Positions 11,992 to 25,700 of a stretch of 64,000 bases of DNA are shown here, in pieces; the stretch's first letter is position 1; every line of letters starts with the position of its first letter. The position numbers and the translations under genes are program-made. This stretch comes from Amoebophrya sp. A120 (Eukaryota; Protista; Dinoflagellata), in contig CAJINV010000011.1 of the NCBI GenBank assembly GCA_905178155.1, positions 581,982 through 645,981 on the forward strand. Reading direction: 5' to 3'. The notes under the pieces are model-generated. The model made no database searches, was not told the origin of the DNA, and was given only the letters and a program-made list of their open reading frames with translations.

Positions 11992-14900
11992 TCAGCCCCC
12001 CGCACGATGCCAGTCCCGCCACAAGACGGGGACTCCTTCTTCTTGATACGCTCGTTTACTGTGCGACGACGTTTGCAGCTGCGAATGCACTTCCTTCCAT
12101 ACCTGGTGACAGTCGTACCAAAGCTTGTGTTTCAACACTTCCATTTCACTTCGCAGTTCCATGGCCACGTCCACCGGTTTCCCGCCCGCCGCGGGATGGC
12201 ACACCCGCTGCCAAGTCGGAATGACCGCGCGCCGCTGGTAGCCGTAGCAGAACTCCAACAGCTGTAGCACCGCCTCGCACTCGGCCCAGGTGTGGGTGGT
12301 GGCCTCGAACACGATGAGTCGGGGCAGTGCGATCAGCCCCAGATTCTCGAACCGTTCCCACATGAGGGACCGCACGATGCCGTAATCGGCGTATCAAATG
12401 CAAATATCCCTGGACGTCTGGAAGAGTGCAAGATTTGTGACGCAGGTTTTCCATGACCCATGAGGTCTGGAATGCGAGACCCAGCATGACAGATGAGATT
12501 CTTTGAGGTCTCTATCATGCCTTTCTTGCATGAGAAACCCCCTCCCAACTTGGTCAAAACCGGACAGCTTTTGGCACTCACGCAACACAGGCTTTTGCAT
12601 CATTCAGATTTAGCATGACAAGTTCTACTTAATCTTCCAGACATACAGGGATTTTTGCATTTGATACGGCGTTGCAGCAGTCGATCTTAATGGTGTCGAT
12701 GAGCAGAACGCGCTGCAGGGTCTATCGAATGGAAAAATCCCCCCTCCCCATATCAAAACGGAATTTCTGATGCTGGATTTGCGTACACAAATCAGCTTTG
12801 TATTGCAGAGAGGCATTGCGGCCAGGTCCCCAGGCTATGTAGGGGCGTATAGGTCTAGTATTTGTTCAGCATTGCAAACGGCTCCCCTTTAGGCCCAACC
12901 GCATGATAAATTGCTTCCATAATGGGGCGGAAGCTTCTGTCCTTGTCTTCTTGCAATACAAGTGTGATTTGTGACCTCAAATCCGCAACACAAATTTTCG
13001 GAAACATACCTGTTCAATATGGGGAGGGGGGATTTTTCCTTCTGATAGCGTCAGGATCTGGTGCAGGGACTCCACCGGGACCAGTTATCCTGTTTAAAAA
13101 CGCCCCCACCACACAGGTAGTTGTCATGCAATTCTGCATGCTGAAAATGTTTCCCATGCGTAGTCCCATGCGAAGCGCCCACTCGTCGCGTTTTGGAATT
13201 TGTGATGCTCCAACCAGCATAATAGGCCACGTCTGTGATGCTGCTGAAGCAACTAGCCAAACCGAACTACATTACGAGGCCAAACTTGTTATGCGCAATG
13301 CCCAAAGCTAGCTGATTTGTGCAGCAGATTCTCCATCTTGACTCTGGGGTGGAGGGGATGCTTTTATTCAGAATACCAGTTCGCGCTTCATCAGGTGCAG
13401 CAAGCCGTTGGAGGCGAGCACCTGCAGCAGGTAGTCGACCGGCTGCTCTATGCTCGTGCACGCGCACGCCCGCTCGCCCACGAACTGGCAGGTGCGGCAG
13501 TCGTACTGCCGATGTAGCCGGCACACTGTGTTTCCGCAGGTCCGCATGTGCTGCATCAGGTCCGGGTCGAGGCCGTAGAGGTAGCGGTAATGGTTTGCAT
13601 CAAAACTTCTAGTACTGGCCCGAGTGGGTCCTTTACTAGGTTTTCGCCTCTGCCACTCGTCCTTGCGCTTCCAGGCTCTCACCGCAGCAACCTGGATTTC
13701 ATCCGTGGGTTGGATCTTTACAAATATGCACCATAGGCATATTGTTTGACGATCACGACGAAGACGATCAGACATATTTATTATGAACAAGTTGCACAGG
13801 ATGAAAGTCGTGCAACGAAAAATGAAAAACAAGAACCCTCTTCTACTACGTCTCTCTCGCCAGATTCGGTCCGGTAGCTGAGCGGGAGGGGCGCGGCGAG
13901 TAGTTATCGTAAGGGAAAATCCCCCCTCCACATATCGAAAGGGTGCGTCTCAGAAAATTTGCAATGCTGATTTGTGGCCACAGATCGTTTCTGTCTTGCG
14001 CGAACGCAACTCCACAGTCTCCGCCGCGTTCTGCAGGCGGTTTGTGATGCTGGTGGCCCTACAGACTAGACGTTTGCCATGCGCAGCGCCTAGCCCAAAA
14101 CATCTCTACGCAGTCTTGATATAGGCCTGCAGTCCTCTCCAGCAAGACAAATCTGATTTATTGTGTATGCAAATCCAGCATCAGAAACCTCGTTGCGATA
14201 TGGGGAGGGGAAATTTTTCCATTTGATAGCAGGTCCCGCCCCGGCTCGGATACAAACGAGCTTTGTTCCTCCGGAATGTCGGACACCTGCAGCGAGTCGG
14301 GCGTGGCGTCCTCTGCTGAAAAAGTAAGCACCTGTTGCTCGACTGCGCAGGGACCACTTGGCCTTGTGTTCGTGTTCGTCCCGGGGTGCCCACCACTGTG
14401 GGGGTTCCTGGAGGTGGTGCTTGTCGTTTGCTCCTGCTTGATGGCACTGAAAACGTCATAAATTTTCCAACCGTCTACTTCCTCGACAACGAAGCCTGCT
14501 TCCGTCTGGATCTGGCCGCTGCTCCTATTGGTTATGACTTGCACTTGCTCCTCGCTTGCTCCTTCAAAAATATTACCATCGCGTGCCGGTGGTCGTGTCT
14601 CTGTCTTCTTCGCCACATGATCTTCCCGTAGTTCCCGCTGCAAAGGGACCGGAGCCTCCTCGTTGTATACCACTTGTTCATCTCCGATGCTGCTGGTGAC
14701 AAAGACAACATCGTCGTCGTCATAATTTTTATCCTTGCGGCGGTGGGCGGCCACCTGCTCGCCCGCAAGTTCCTCCTCTTCTTCCCACACTTTCCCGGTC
14801 TCCCGGTAGTAGAGCCACGAGAGAAAGTCCGGATTCGTGCAGTCAGAATCGCGGACCAGACGCAACTGCTCTCCCTCGGACTTGTCCGAGAACCATCCCT

Positions 14901-15819
14901 GCTCCCACCTCCAGTACTGCACCACCCAGCTGGCCAGGTACTTTCGGTGCTCCTCGTCCTTGATTTTCCGCTCCCCGCGCCCCGTGAGCCGCGTTTTGAC
15001 TACTTTTTGCAACTTCGTCAGGTTGCCCGACTCTTCGGGCAGCGAGTCGAGGTTCTGTGTCCCAGGAAAGAACTGCAACTGCTTCATCACTCTTCTTTGT
15101 TTTGCAAGATCTGCACCACAACCTTTTTCCACATGACACGGAAACTTTGCCGTGCGCGCTTCCGCCCAAGTGAAATATTAAACACAGTGGAAGATAGATC
15201 AAGTGTTTATTTGCAGGTGTAGCAAGACAAAAAAGTTTTGCGTTTCAAATTTTGCATCACAAGTAAGTTCACAGTGAAACGGTTTCTATTTTCCTGCGAT
15301 ATTCTGCTGGATGGCGTCAATGCTGATCCCCGTGGCGGTCGGCAACCCCAGCCACTCCTCGCAGCCCTTGTATAAACTTGCGCATTTCGAGGAGAGGAAG
15401 TACGCATTGCTGTCCCCGTCCCGGTCAAGGTCCTCAGGGAAGCAGGCCTGCGCGAAGCTCTGGTAGTACGACGCACCCACCTCCACGAAGTCCCGATACT
15501 CCGGGAGAACCACCAACGCGGGGTCGTCGAGATGCTTCCGTACCAAATCCTGAAAAAACAGCGCCACGGCGTTCAGGGTCAGCAGCTTGTACCTGCGGTA
15601 GTCGAGGCTGGTAACCTGGTCGATTTTTGCCAGCTGCTCCAACTGCTTAAACCTTGGAATCACCAAGTAATCCCGCATCGACAAGGTCCCGCGTTTATCC
15701 GCCGGCAGGTCGCGCTTCAAAGGCCGCATGCCCCAAAAGCAGTGGTTCAGCTCGATCACCCGCTCTCGTCTCCGGACGGCGGGAGCTCTTGCTCTTGGTG
15801 GATGCGAGAAGTCCGTCAT
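11992..15819 (-). CDS. FkbM-family (Methyltransf_21)-like SAM-dependent methyltransferase with long insertions
   Basis: N-terminal FVEVGAS motif. Reconstructed C-terminal LLIDTIKIDCCNA|DYGIVRSL...PRLIVFE resembles FkbM IDxxKIDxEGxE...PxIxxE. The junction near 15110-15300 is not resolved. Confidence 0.6.
12392..12666. mobile_element. Introner, family A
   Basis: TIRs; perfect TSD cggcg. Confidence 0.9.
12723..13047. mobile_element. Introner, family D
   Basis: TIRs; flanks gggtc/gcgtc. Confidence 0.9.
13086..13375. mobile_element. Introner, family B (TIR TATCCTGAGTAAAAACGTCCCCACCCC)
   Basis: TIRs; perfect TSD ccagt. Confidence 0.85.
13905..14228. mobile_element. Introner, family D
   Basis: TIRs; flanks gtagt/gcagg. 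Confidence 0.85.
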
Positions 15820-16767
15820 TATCTCGCGGTAGTAAATCTATTTGTCGCGGGATGTATGTACTTATGTAGCCTTTATCGGGTCGACGTGCGGCTTGTGGTG
15901 GCGAAGGCTCGTGGCTGTCTCACATCGTCGTGAACAGCAAATGGCTGTCATGATTTGAAACTCACAGTATGTAAGTACTCTTCACACTTTGCAATTTTAT
16001 ACCTTTTTGATTTTTCAATCCTCAACGCGGCCACCATTTCTATTCTATTCTGAGATTTTGCCAGCAGGCGATGCCCATTTTGACGAAGAATGAACTCGCC
16101 GGAAGATCATGTTGAGTCTGAAGATCATGGTCAGCAAAAGAGACGCGTCTCCCGAATATGAATTTCGAAAAGAAAAACACGTGAGCCAAGAAAAGACAGT
16201 GTCAACGACAAGGAAGAGCCACTACCAAATCGACCGCGGGCAAATAGATACGATCGGATCAGAAGAAGAACGTGAACTTCCAGTACTCGGTCCTCCGTGA
16301 AGATCTTCGTATTGTTTCAAACTCGATAGAATCGTGATCCTTTTTCCTTCATAAGAATCTTCCTTCTTGCTTTTCTTACGACGTTCAGCCCAGAGAGGCG
16401 CAGCAAAAGCGGTGCGAATGTTGAACGGAGGAACATTTTTTTCGCACAGAGGAACAATAGAGTGACGCCGACGACGTGTGGTCGTGTACAAGAACGTAGC
16501 GTCCTGACCGTACTATGTGGTCAACAAGAACCCAGGATTTAGTACTTACTCACGAGTCTCTGCGTTAAGGGCAAGAACGGTCATCTCCGTTCTGTCTGCT
16601 TCTCCGTTTTGTTCTCTTGTTTCGGTTTTAAGTATGTTGTTCAGCAACCAAGCATGTCACAGTCACAGTCTGCATCTTCAAGCCTGCGCAACATGAGAAT
16701 GAGTCACAGTCACTTATATAATGCCGCACTTCTATCCATCTACTTCTCCCAGCGCTGGTACTCCTCC

Positions 16768-19700
16768 TCACCCCAATTGGGGATTGTAGCAGACGTTGTC
16801 CTTGGAATAGAAGCTTCGGTCGGAAGGAACGTGGTCGAACAGGTTCAAAAAGTAGTTTTCCCCCGCCGTCCTCCGGCGTACCACCCGCTTCTGGAAGAAC
16901 ACGCCATCTTTTGACTTGTACACAACGGTGCGCGCCAGGTCGCGGAGAGTGCTTGAGGGCGAGAGCCATAGTGCGTGGAGTTGCTGCTGGTCAATCGTGA
17001 CGTCCCACCGGTCTTTGAGGTACAGCAAAAGTTTCTTTTCCACGTCGCTTAGTGCCTGTGAAAGTGCACAGCGACCCTTCCCCCTCATTTGTATGGCACG
17101 AACGGCAATACAAGCAGCACCGAGAATTATGCAGGTCTTGCATGACAAATCTGCACAGGATTGTAGTGCTATTTGGACTGGCAGAACACTTGTCATGCAA
17201 ACAGTGCTAAGAGGCACAGCCTGGATTGGGCATTTTGCATGACAAATGAGGGGGAGGGGGAGTTGTGCACTGTCATATTGCCTCCAACTCGTCGACGCTG
17301 GTCTCCTCGTCTTCCTGCCGGGCCGTGCCGGACGAGATAGTACTGCTCGCGGCTCCACCCCGGTGGTGCAACGAGACAAAGACGTCCTGCATTTTCGTGT
17401 CCAGGCTCCAGTGCGCACAGTAGGAGAGTTGCTTCTTCGTGCCGGTCTCTCTCGAGAATTGCTTCGCCACCGCCGAAGTGGGAGATAAAGAAGACCCGTC
17501 CTTCGAGAGTTCCTCCGACACAGACGAGTCCCCAGGAGCGGGATCCTTCTGCGGCGGCGGGGGCGCCGCGAACCGAAAGCCGCCGATCTTGTGCCGGATC
17601 GCAAGCAGTTGCGGGTTCGCCACACCGTACAGGTGAATCGTAGTCGTGCCGCTATCGTGTGGTGCTGCTGCTGTTCTTTCGGATTCGGGGGAGGCTTTAA
17701 TATGAAGACTGTTCGAGGACGCTCCTGCGACTGTTCCTGTTGCAACTACATCTACAAGATGATTTGTTATAGCACCTGTGTTCATCCGCACCGCGTCTTG
17801 ACTAGTACATCTCTCATCCAACTCCGACAACGGCAAGGATAAGAGCATGAGGTCCGCTTTCATCGCCGCCAGAAAGGCCTCGCGGTTCTTCAGCTGCCGC
17901 TGGTACACTAAGTGCCCGTCGTAGAAGTAGCTGATTAACAGGAGGAACATCAAGAGGGAGGTTGGCAAAAAAATGGTGAGCACCAACAGCAGGAACAGGA
18001 CGAAAAAAACCAACTGCGTGATCCACCGCACCCGCCCGGTGAACAGGTTTTTGTACTTCTCAAATGCCTCCACGTACGACTCAATCGTGTCCAAATACCC
18101 GACAAAGAACTCGACGAATTGCTCGAACTCCGTTTGCAACGAGTACAGATATGCATTGCAAATATCGTGATCTGGGTCTGATTCCTATAAGGTTGCGATG
18201 CTAATGTTCGAAGGATACTTCGCGAACAGTGTTGCTGAGCCGCGCATGGCAAGTTTCATCATCTGAGCATAGCTATGTCTACACGCTAATCTCATGACAA
18301 TAAGGCGCCTTTTTGCATGACAAAGAAGTGGCACTGTAGCACAACGAGCATGACAGAATTTTCTTTCGTCCCGGCCAAGCATGACAATAAACTCGCCTGC
18401 TTCCCGGGGACCCAGACCACATATTAGCAGTGAATAACAGGGGGATCAATCCAACTCCTGCGGCAGAGGAAGCTGCAGCTCCTGCCACGGCAGATGAACT
18501 ACTCGCGTTCATGAGCTGTCCGCCGAGCTGCTGGTGGGTGATCATCCCCCGTTTGCTTTTTCGCGGAATCCCCAAGCTGTGGGTCGTACCATGCGCTGCC
18601 TGGATAGCTGCGTTCATGATCGGGGAAGCTGGTCGTGGCCCACCGCTTAATGTACTTGTTCCTTTCATCAACATATTCGACGTAGTTGTAGTTCCTGGCA
18701 CGATGTCCAGTAGGGCATCGTTATTTCCATAATTTCCGATTTCATCTCCCTGCGCGGAACGTGGAATTTCATCATCTGGTGCCGGTGATATGTTTAAAGC
18801 TGCTGCGGTTGTTCTCCTCTCTTTCCTCTGCCGCGCACTCAGCAGCGCAGCATTTTCCAAAGCCGCCTGCTGCGCCAGGTCTTGCTGGCTCTGGGAAAAC
18901 AGGTTGCGCATGATCTGCTGCCCATCCTTATCCGGATCCAGTGCGTCCCCAAACGACGCGGCGGACTCGTTCTTCCCCAGCATAATCAACGGGCCTCCCG
19001 TAGTTGAACTACCACCGTCGTGCTGCAGCAGGTTATTATACGACAAGTCGCTGCCCAGGTGCTGGGCCGAGGAGGCGGACGTCATAGACCCAAAGGCTTT
19101 CCCCAGCGGGGACGCGAACTGCGCACTGTCCTCGTCCTCCGCCTCCTCATTCCCGGAGGAGTCAATCGTGCCCAGATCGGGGAGCGACGCAAACATCTCC
19201 GTCCTGTGCCCCGACGCAACATGCCGCCGCGCCAGGTCGTGCGAGGACTCGCGGCCGCCCGTGGTATGATCTACTTCGCTGGTCTTGGACAACTTCGTTA
19301 CTCGACTCATCGTGCTGGCAAGTCCTCTTGCGCTGGGACTACTGCGTTGCTCGACTTGTGTAGTCGACATAGGAAAATAACCCGTACTACCCTGCTGTTG
19401 CGTAGTAGTCGCGCCAGTAGGTCGTCCTCCTGGAGATGATATGGTCGAGACGAGTCTGCTTTCGGCACTGAGCTGCGCAAAAACCGCCGCGTTTTTGGAG
19501 CTGATTGGTGTGGAGGTCGGCGAACTGAAGACCGGACTCGAGGGCTGCTGGTGGATGATGGTGGTCACGTTCGAGCGGGTGAGAAACGGTTCGCTTTTGT
19601 CTCTGTCTGCTCCACCGCCCTTTTCTGGCGAGGAGGTGGAGTCCGAGAGGAACGCGAGATTTTCTTGTTGAGCACGACGGAGATCCTCGTGCACTGCGTC

Positions 19701-22700
19701 CGCCGCGTATTTGTCATGAGCGCCAGGACGAATCCTGGACGAAGAAGCACGACCGTGCACTTGCTTGAACAGCTGCCTCGCGTCGACTAGCGCGTCCTCG
19801 CGACACGCCACCCGGGGCGTCTCCTTCGGTATTGTGAGGCAAAATCCCCCCTCCCCATATTGAAAACGAGATTTGTGATGGTGTATTTGCGTACACGAGT
19901 CGGCTTGTATTGCTAGAAGGCCACGAGACGCAGTTACTCCTTCGTTTGCAGGCAATTTGTAATTACACAAAATAGAACACACTTCAATCCCAAAATAAAT
20001 CTCCTTTCTTTCTTTTTTCCTTGTTTCCTTTTTTCCTTCCAATTCGCACGCAATAATTATCGCTACGGGCCTTGAGGCAATTTGTAATGCTGTTTTCCGC
20101 CTCCACTTTCTTCCTGTGATGCTGAAGACGCAAGGGGTTTCCCAGCACGCCAGCCAGTGCCAGCGCTACAGTCTGCATCTTTTCCCTTTTAGCGTCACAA
20201 CGCGAGTTGTGATCATGAATCATGCTACACAAATCTCCTTTTGAGTACGACGAGGGAGGACTTTTCATCTTGATATTCGGACTCACGTGTTTCTCCGCCT
20301 CGTGCAGTTCCTTCGCGAACCGGTGCTCCATGCGTGTTTTCTTCCCTGCATGTTCCCGGCTGCTGTGGTCGCCCGCGTTCGTAGTGGTACTATACCCAGC
20401 AGCACTCGAGGAGGGCTCATTTCCGATCCGGGTGATTCTCGCGCGGCGCGCGACCCAGTGCCGGCGCCGCACCGCAAAATTCTTGTCCCCGTTGCCACCA
20501 CCAAACGTCGGCACGGGCTGCCAGTCGTCGGCGTGGAAAGATTCCGCGTATCGCCACCCGTCCACGTCTGTGGACACGCCGGGACTGGAGACAATGCTCC
20601 ACTCCCAGAAGACCCGGTAGCGGCCAAAATCGGTGTGTTTTTCCGGCGCAGGTCTTTTCGTGCGCGTGTTCCGCACGTCGCACCACTCCGAGGGGCATCA
20701 AATGCAAAAATGTCTGGGTCTGGAATGTTGCCGGGTTTGTCATGCATATTTTGCTTGATCCAGGATTGTGTGTGATGCATGCCCTACCATCACAGACTTT
20801 TAGAACCCTTCCTGCTGCCGACTCCGCATGACAAATGCCCTCCCCAGGTAGCACAAAATAGACTCCTCTTGCTGGTCATGCAATACAGATTTCTTTACAG
20901 TCCAAAGTTAGCATCACAAGTTCCAACCTTCCAGACCCAGGCATTTTTGCATGTGATAACGGGTCACCGGATTGAAAGCCGCTGAAGGACAGGAGCTGAA
21001 ACTTGCTAAACGCGTTGTTCTATGCATCGCAAATGTGTCTAGGTCTGGAAGATGCAACTTTGTTGTGCAGGCTACGCATGACCCGGAAGGTTTGGAATGC
21101 GTGGTCTAGCATAACAAGCTTTGAGAAGACTCCTCGATACTTATTTCGCATTTAGAAACTAGAACTACGTTGCCTTCGTGTTGCCCAAAGTGGGGGCTTG
21201 TTTTGCTGGTCATGCCATACAGACTTTTCTGTCGATCAAATCTCGCATGACAAACTCGGACTCTTCCAGACCCAGACATATTTGCAGTTGATATGTTCAG
21301 TTCGCGTCGTTGTTCCTCCGGGTCCACCACCTGTTCATCCGTGCTGCCCTTGAAAAAATGCAGCACGGCATTCACGTTGTTCGTCACCAGCACCGCACGG
21401 CGCTCGTTTTCAAAGACCTCCATAGACATCGGAATGTCGTCAAAGTTCGGCTCCTGCCAGGACCGGAGCAGCTGCTCCACCCTTGCACTGGGCAGGGACG
21501 CGGCGTCGCTGTTGGCGGCTCCGCCATCGTTGCTGTCCTCCAAATCGTTCAATCTCTCTTGAAACCCGGGGATCTGGAGCTGGGTGCGCTTCTTACTCTG
21601 TCCCGGCGACTTGTTGGACAGCAGGTCGGTGGTGGTGGCCCGTTTGAACGTTTTGTCACTCGGAATTGCGAGCGCGTAATCCTCGGATAGATCCTCAGCG
21701 AAAACGTGAGCCCTGGCAGTGTCACTCTTGGAAGGCGGACTGAGTAGGGTAACGGGAGTAGTTCTTACCGCTATTGCCGTGGCTTTCATGTGTTTGAATT
21801 CAAAATTACCGCTATCAACATCATAGCTAGTGGCGTCTTCATCCTCTGTAGCTGTGGGGGGGTGGAGGTAGATGCCAGGAGGCGCAGCTTGCCTTGATGC
21901 TCTGTCGTAAAAATTATTGCCTCGCCTTCCGGGGATGTCATCGTCCACGGCCTCTTCGTGACTGGAGGACTCATCTGGGTCGGTTCGCGGCCGGCGCGTG
22001 ACGTCGTTGTAGGTATTATCCTCTTCTTGTAGTCCGGAAGCTGCGGAGGAAGACGCGGATTCCTCATTGCTCTCGTCTACTACTGCTCCGCTGTCGGATG
22101 AAACAAGGAGATCCAATTGTGATCCTTCCCCCGCCCCACCGTGAGCCAGCTCCCCCGCATGATGTTGATCTCCTGGTAGTGAGCTCGCGAGAGTCCTCGA
22201 GGGCGTCGTGCCCGCCTCGGCTGCTTGTTCTGCTCGCTCGGTGTTGATACCCATCATCGTGCCGGGATGAACAAGTGGTTCTTCTTGTTGTGCCAAGATA
22301 TTATAATTGTGTTTCTGAGCTGCAAAACTGAACTCCGTACCAAAGTCCACCAGCTGCTTGCACCTTCGAGTGGAAACTCGGTGCAGCCGAAACCCGGCCC
22401 GGTACCCGTAGTGCAGCAGCAACCTGGTGTTTTTCTGGATCCACGGCTTGTTGTGCAGGCTGACGGCTAGGTGCGAGGCCCAGCCGTACAGCCAGGGCAG
22501 GTAATGGAGAAAGAACACGACGCCCATCTCCAGGCCAAACACGGTCCAGAATAGCACCCGCCGTTGTCCGGGCTGCAGCTCCGCGTTGGCCTGCCGCTGC
22601 TTCAGCACCGTCAAGATTTCCCGCAGGTCCAACGCCAGCGCCTCCCGCGGGCTGCTGCGCACGAACGTTCGAAGGCCGGAAGCGGTGTGCGGCAGGAGCG

Positions 22701-25700
22701 AGCGGGCAAAGCGTGTGTCGGAGATTAAAGGTAGAATTTTGTACTCCCGCTTCTGCTCGGCGGTCTTGTCACCCTGTGCTGCTGCGCCACCCTTGCGGTG
22801 GTTTCGTTTCTCCCGGTGACTCTTTCCCTCCTCTTTGGTCCGCTCCCACAAACTATCAAATGCAAATAAGTATCCCTGGATGTCTGGAAGGATGCAACTT
22901 GTGATGCTGCATTTGGATTCTACAAAAATCTGTATTGCATGAACAGCAAAAAAGGCCCAGCTTTTGCGACGGCGAGAGGGCACTTCTCTTGCGGTATAGG
23001 CATCAGGAAGCCCTCACAGGAGTCTGTGATACTACGGCATACATCATAGACATCAGGGGTCATGCAAAATGTGCATGACAAACCTTGCAACATCCCTGCA
23101 GAACCAGACACATTTGCATTTGATACAAACCGGACACCGGCACGAAGTTCAGGCGCCAGAGCTTGTAGCACACCCAAAGGAGAAAGAACGCGAGAAAGTA
23201 GTCGTATTGGTACAGTAAGAACCAGCTGGACACGAGTAAGTACAACCAACTTCGGTAGTACTGCTCGAATTCCAAAATCCAGTTGATCCCCGCGAAAAAG
23301 TCCCGCAGAACCGCGAACGCGTTGCCCAACCGCGTCAAGGTCCGCCGCGCGTCGACGAGAAACACGTATCCCGAGTAAAAGCGTCCCCATACCAGAGTTA
23401 AGATGGGAAATCTGCTAGACAAATCAGCCAGCTTTGGTTGTTTCGCATGACAAGTCTGTTTCCGTAGTGTAGTCCTGTTTAGGTACTTCAGCAGCATCAC
23501 AGGTCTAGCATATCTAGCTGATTATAGCATCACAAATTCCACAACACGACTCGAAAATGCCCCTCATGGCGATCCGCATGAGAAACTTTTTTAGCATGCA
23601 GATTTGCATGACAACTCTGGGGTGGGGACGATTTTACACAGGATAACACGGACAGTGTCGCCATGTCCATGTTTTTGATCTTCAGACTCCGCTGGTTCAT
23701 CCGGTTCAGCAGTGGCTCAACAGGGAAGTGGTCGTTGGTCCAGTGCCGGTTGTAGTGGACGCGAAACGTGACAAAAATGCGCGCGTCGTCGAAAGGCGTT
23801 TTTTTGTTTTCCGAGTCGAATACTTCGGCATGGTGATCCGGCTGACCAGAACTGTCGGTTGATTTTATGAACAGCTTGTGAGCCCGCTTTTTCATCTTCG
23901 TATCTTTTTTATCCTTCTGTGCGACCTGCAGGTCCTTGCGAACCGCCTCGGGTGGTCGTAAGGGGGTTCTCGTCGCCTCGTAGACCTTATCAAGAACATC
24001 TTCGTCGTCGGCTGGACGTCCGGGTGGGGCGAGAGTAGTAGAAGTAGCGGCTGTAGAAGTTCCTGGCACAACATCCTCACCAACTCCGTGCTGCTGCTGA
24101 TCAATATCCCCAGTTATGGTTGTAGGCACGACGACCGGAGCCGCTGCAGGAGCCGCGGGGGAAGATTTTCTCACAACTGCGGCCGCGGTGGGGCTGTTCA
24201 GTTGGCTGTCTTGTGGTAAGCTGTCCTGCTTTTTTATCGCCATCACCAGCGGAAACTGGTACTCAGTTTGCCCGGACTATGAGAGTTGTGCACAACTAGT
24301 ACTCACCTTGTCATGCAAAATACCAAATGCACCCTTTGCCTTTTGGCATGTTTTGCATGACAGGTTCATCTGGTAGATCAGACAGCACTACAATCATCCT
24401 GGGTCGTGCATTTTTTGTCATGCAAAACCGGCAGTCCTCTTCCCGACGCTTGTATTTTTGACTTGTCAATATTGAGACTTGTGGACTATGAAACCAGTGC
24501 CAAAGGTGTTGCAGTGCCGGGCACTTGGCTCAAGGTATTGTGTCGGGAATTGCTACGCCCAATCCCTCTTCACCCTTCAATGGGCATTTTTTTCGACCCC
24601 TCTCGTTCACTGCACGTTGAGTGAACCTGAAAGAAAATCGATCCGCCGAGTTCGTTACAGTCAAAATCGACTGGTACTAACTCGCCGTCGCCAGTCGGGC
24701 GAAATTTGCTACTTTGCGTGAAGGCTGCAAAAGGTAGACCCTTCGCCGGAGTATAGTTGGGGCTGAGTCCGTTACGGTTCGTTCCGGTTCGTTTCACCGT
24801 AACGAACGAATTTTCGTTCGTTCGTTACGGTTCGTTATGGTTCGTTTCACCGTAACGAACGAATTCCCGTTCGTTCGTTACGGTTCGTTACGGTTCGTTT
24901 CACCGTAACGAACGAACTTCCGTTCGTTCGTTATGGTTCGTTACGGTTCGTTTCACCGTAACGAACGAGCTCGTCAGGAGCCGGTACGCCCTGGCGAACG
25001 AATCCGAGTTTGTGGAAAAGACGGCTGTGCGTGAAAACTGCAAAGGGGCAAAATTCTCGCGAGACTGTGCAGAAGGCCTGCGGCTCAGCAATGTTGCCGT
25101 CTTCTCCGGTGTCGGCTTTGTGCGTTTTTCTTTAGCGAACAAGGTCAGTGAGTACTTCGGAGGGGCTGTTGTTTGTTGAAGAAAAATGCGACTTCATGCC
25201 CGTGCTCGTGTTCCGGGTGGAGCTCTAGGCATCCGAGTGTGCCGGCCTGAATCAGTAGCGTGGGGGCCAAAAGTTCCTGCATGTGTGTCCCCCGCGCGGG
25301 CAGCCCCTTGGTGCGTCACGGCCGGCGCCCTTTCCTGGCGCACGTCGCGCAGCTGGCGGCCATGGCTGGTTGATGTCGAGCCGCTGCGCCATCCTTCGGA
25401 ATATTCCGTGCGACTTTCTGCATTCGAAAATACATAGCGCCGCCGCGCGGAATATTCCGAAGGATGGCATGGCAGATTTCGTGGCGAGTCCTTCGCGGGG
25501 CTTGCCCCCCTTTCCGATAAACGATCTGCCGGCTGGCAGTCGAGGCTGGCACTCAGGAAGGGGCGGCGGGCGACTCCTCTCCGTGGTCGTCCGTGTAGCA
25601 TCCGGTCGGAGGGCCCCCTTCCGCATATAAATCGAGAATACCTTCCTGCGGAATATTCCCCACGACGGCATCCTGCATTTATAAACGTTACTTTCGAAAA

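Noticed and set aside
15110-15301. Additional introner in the FkbM-like gene
   Set aside because: The right end (ttttcctgcgata) and internal motifs fit, but the left TIR and a frame-restoring 5-bp TSD could not be fixed, so it was not counted.
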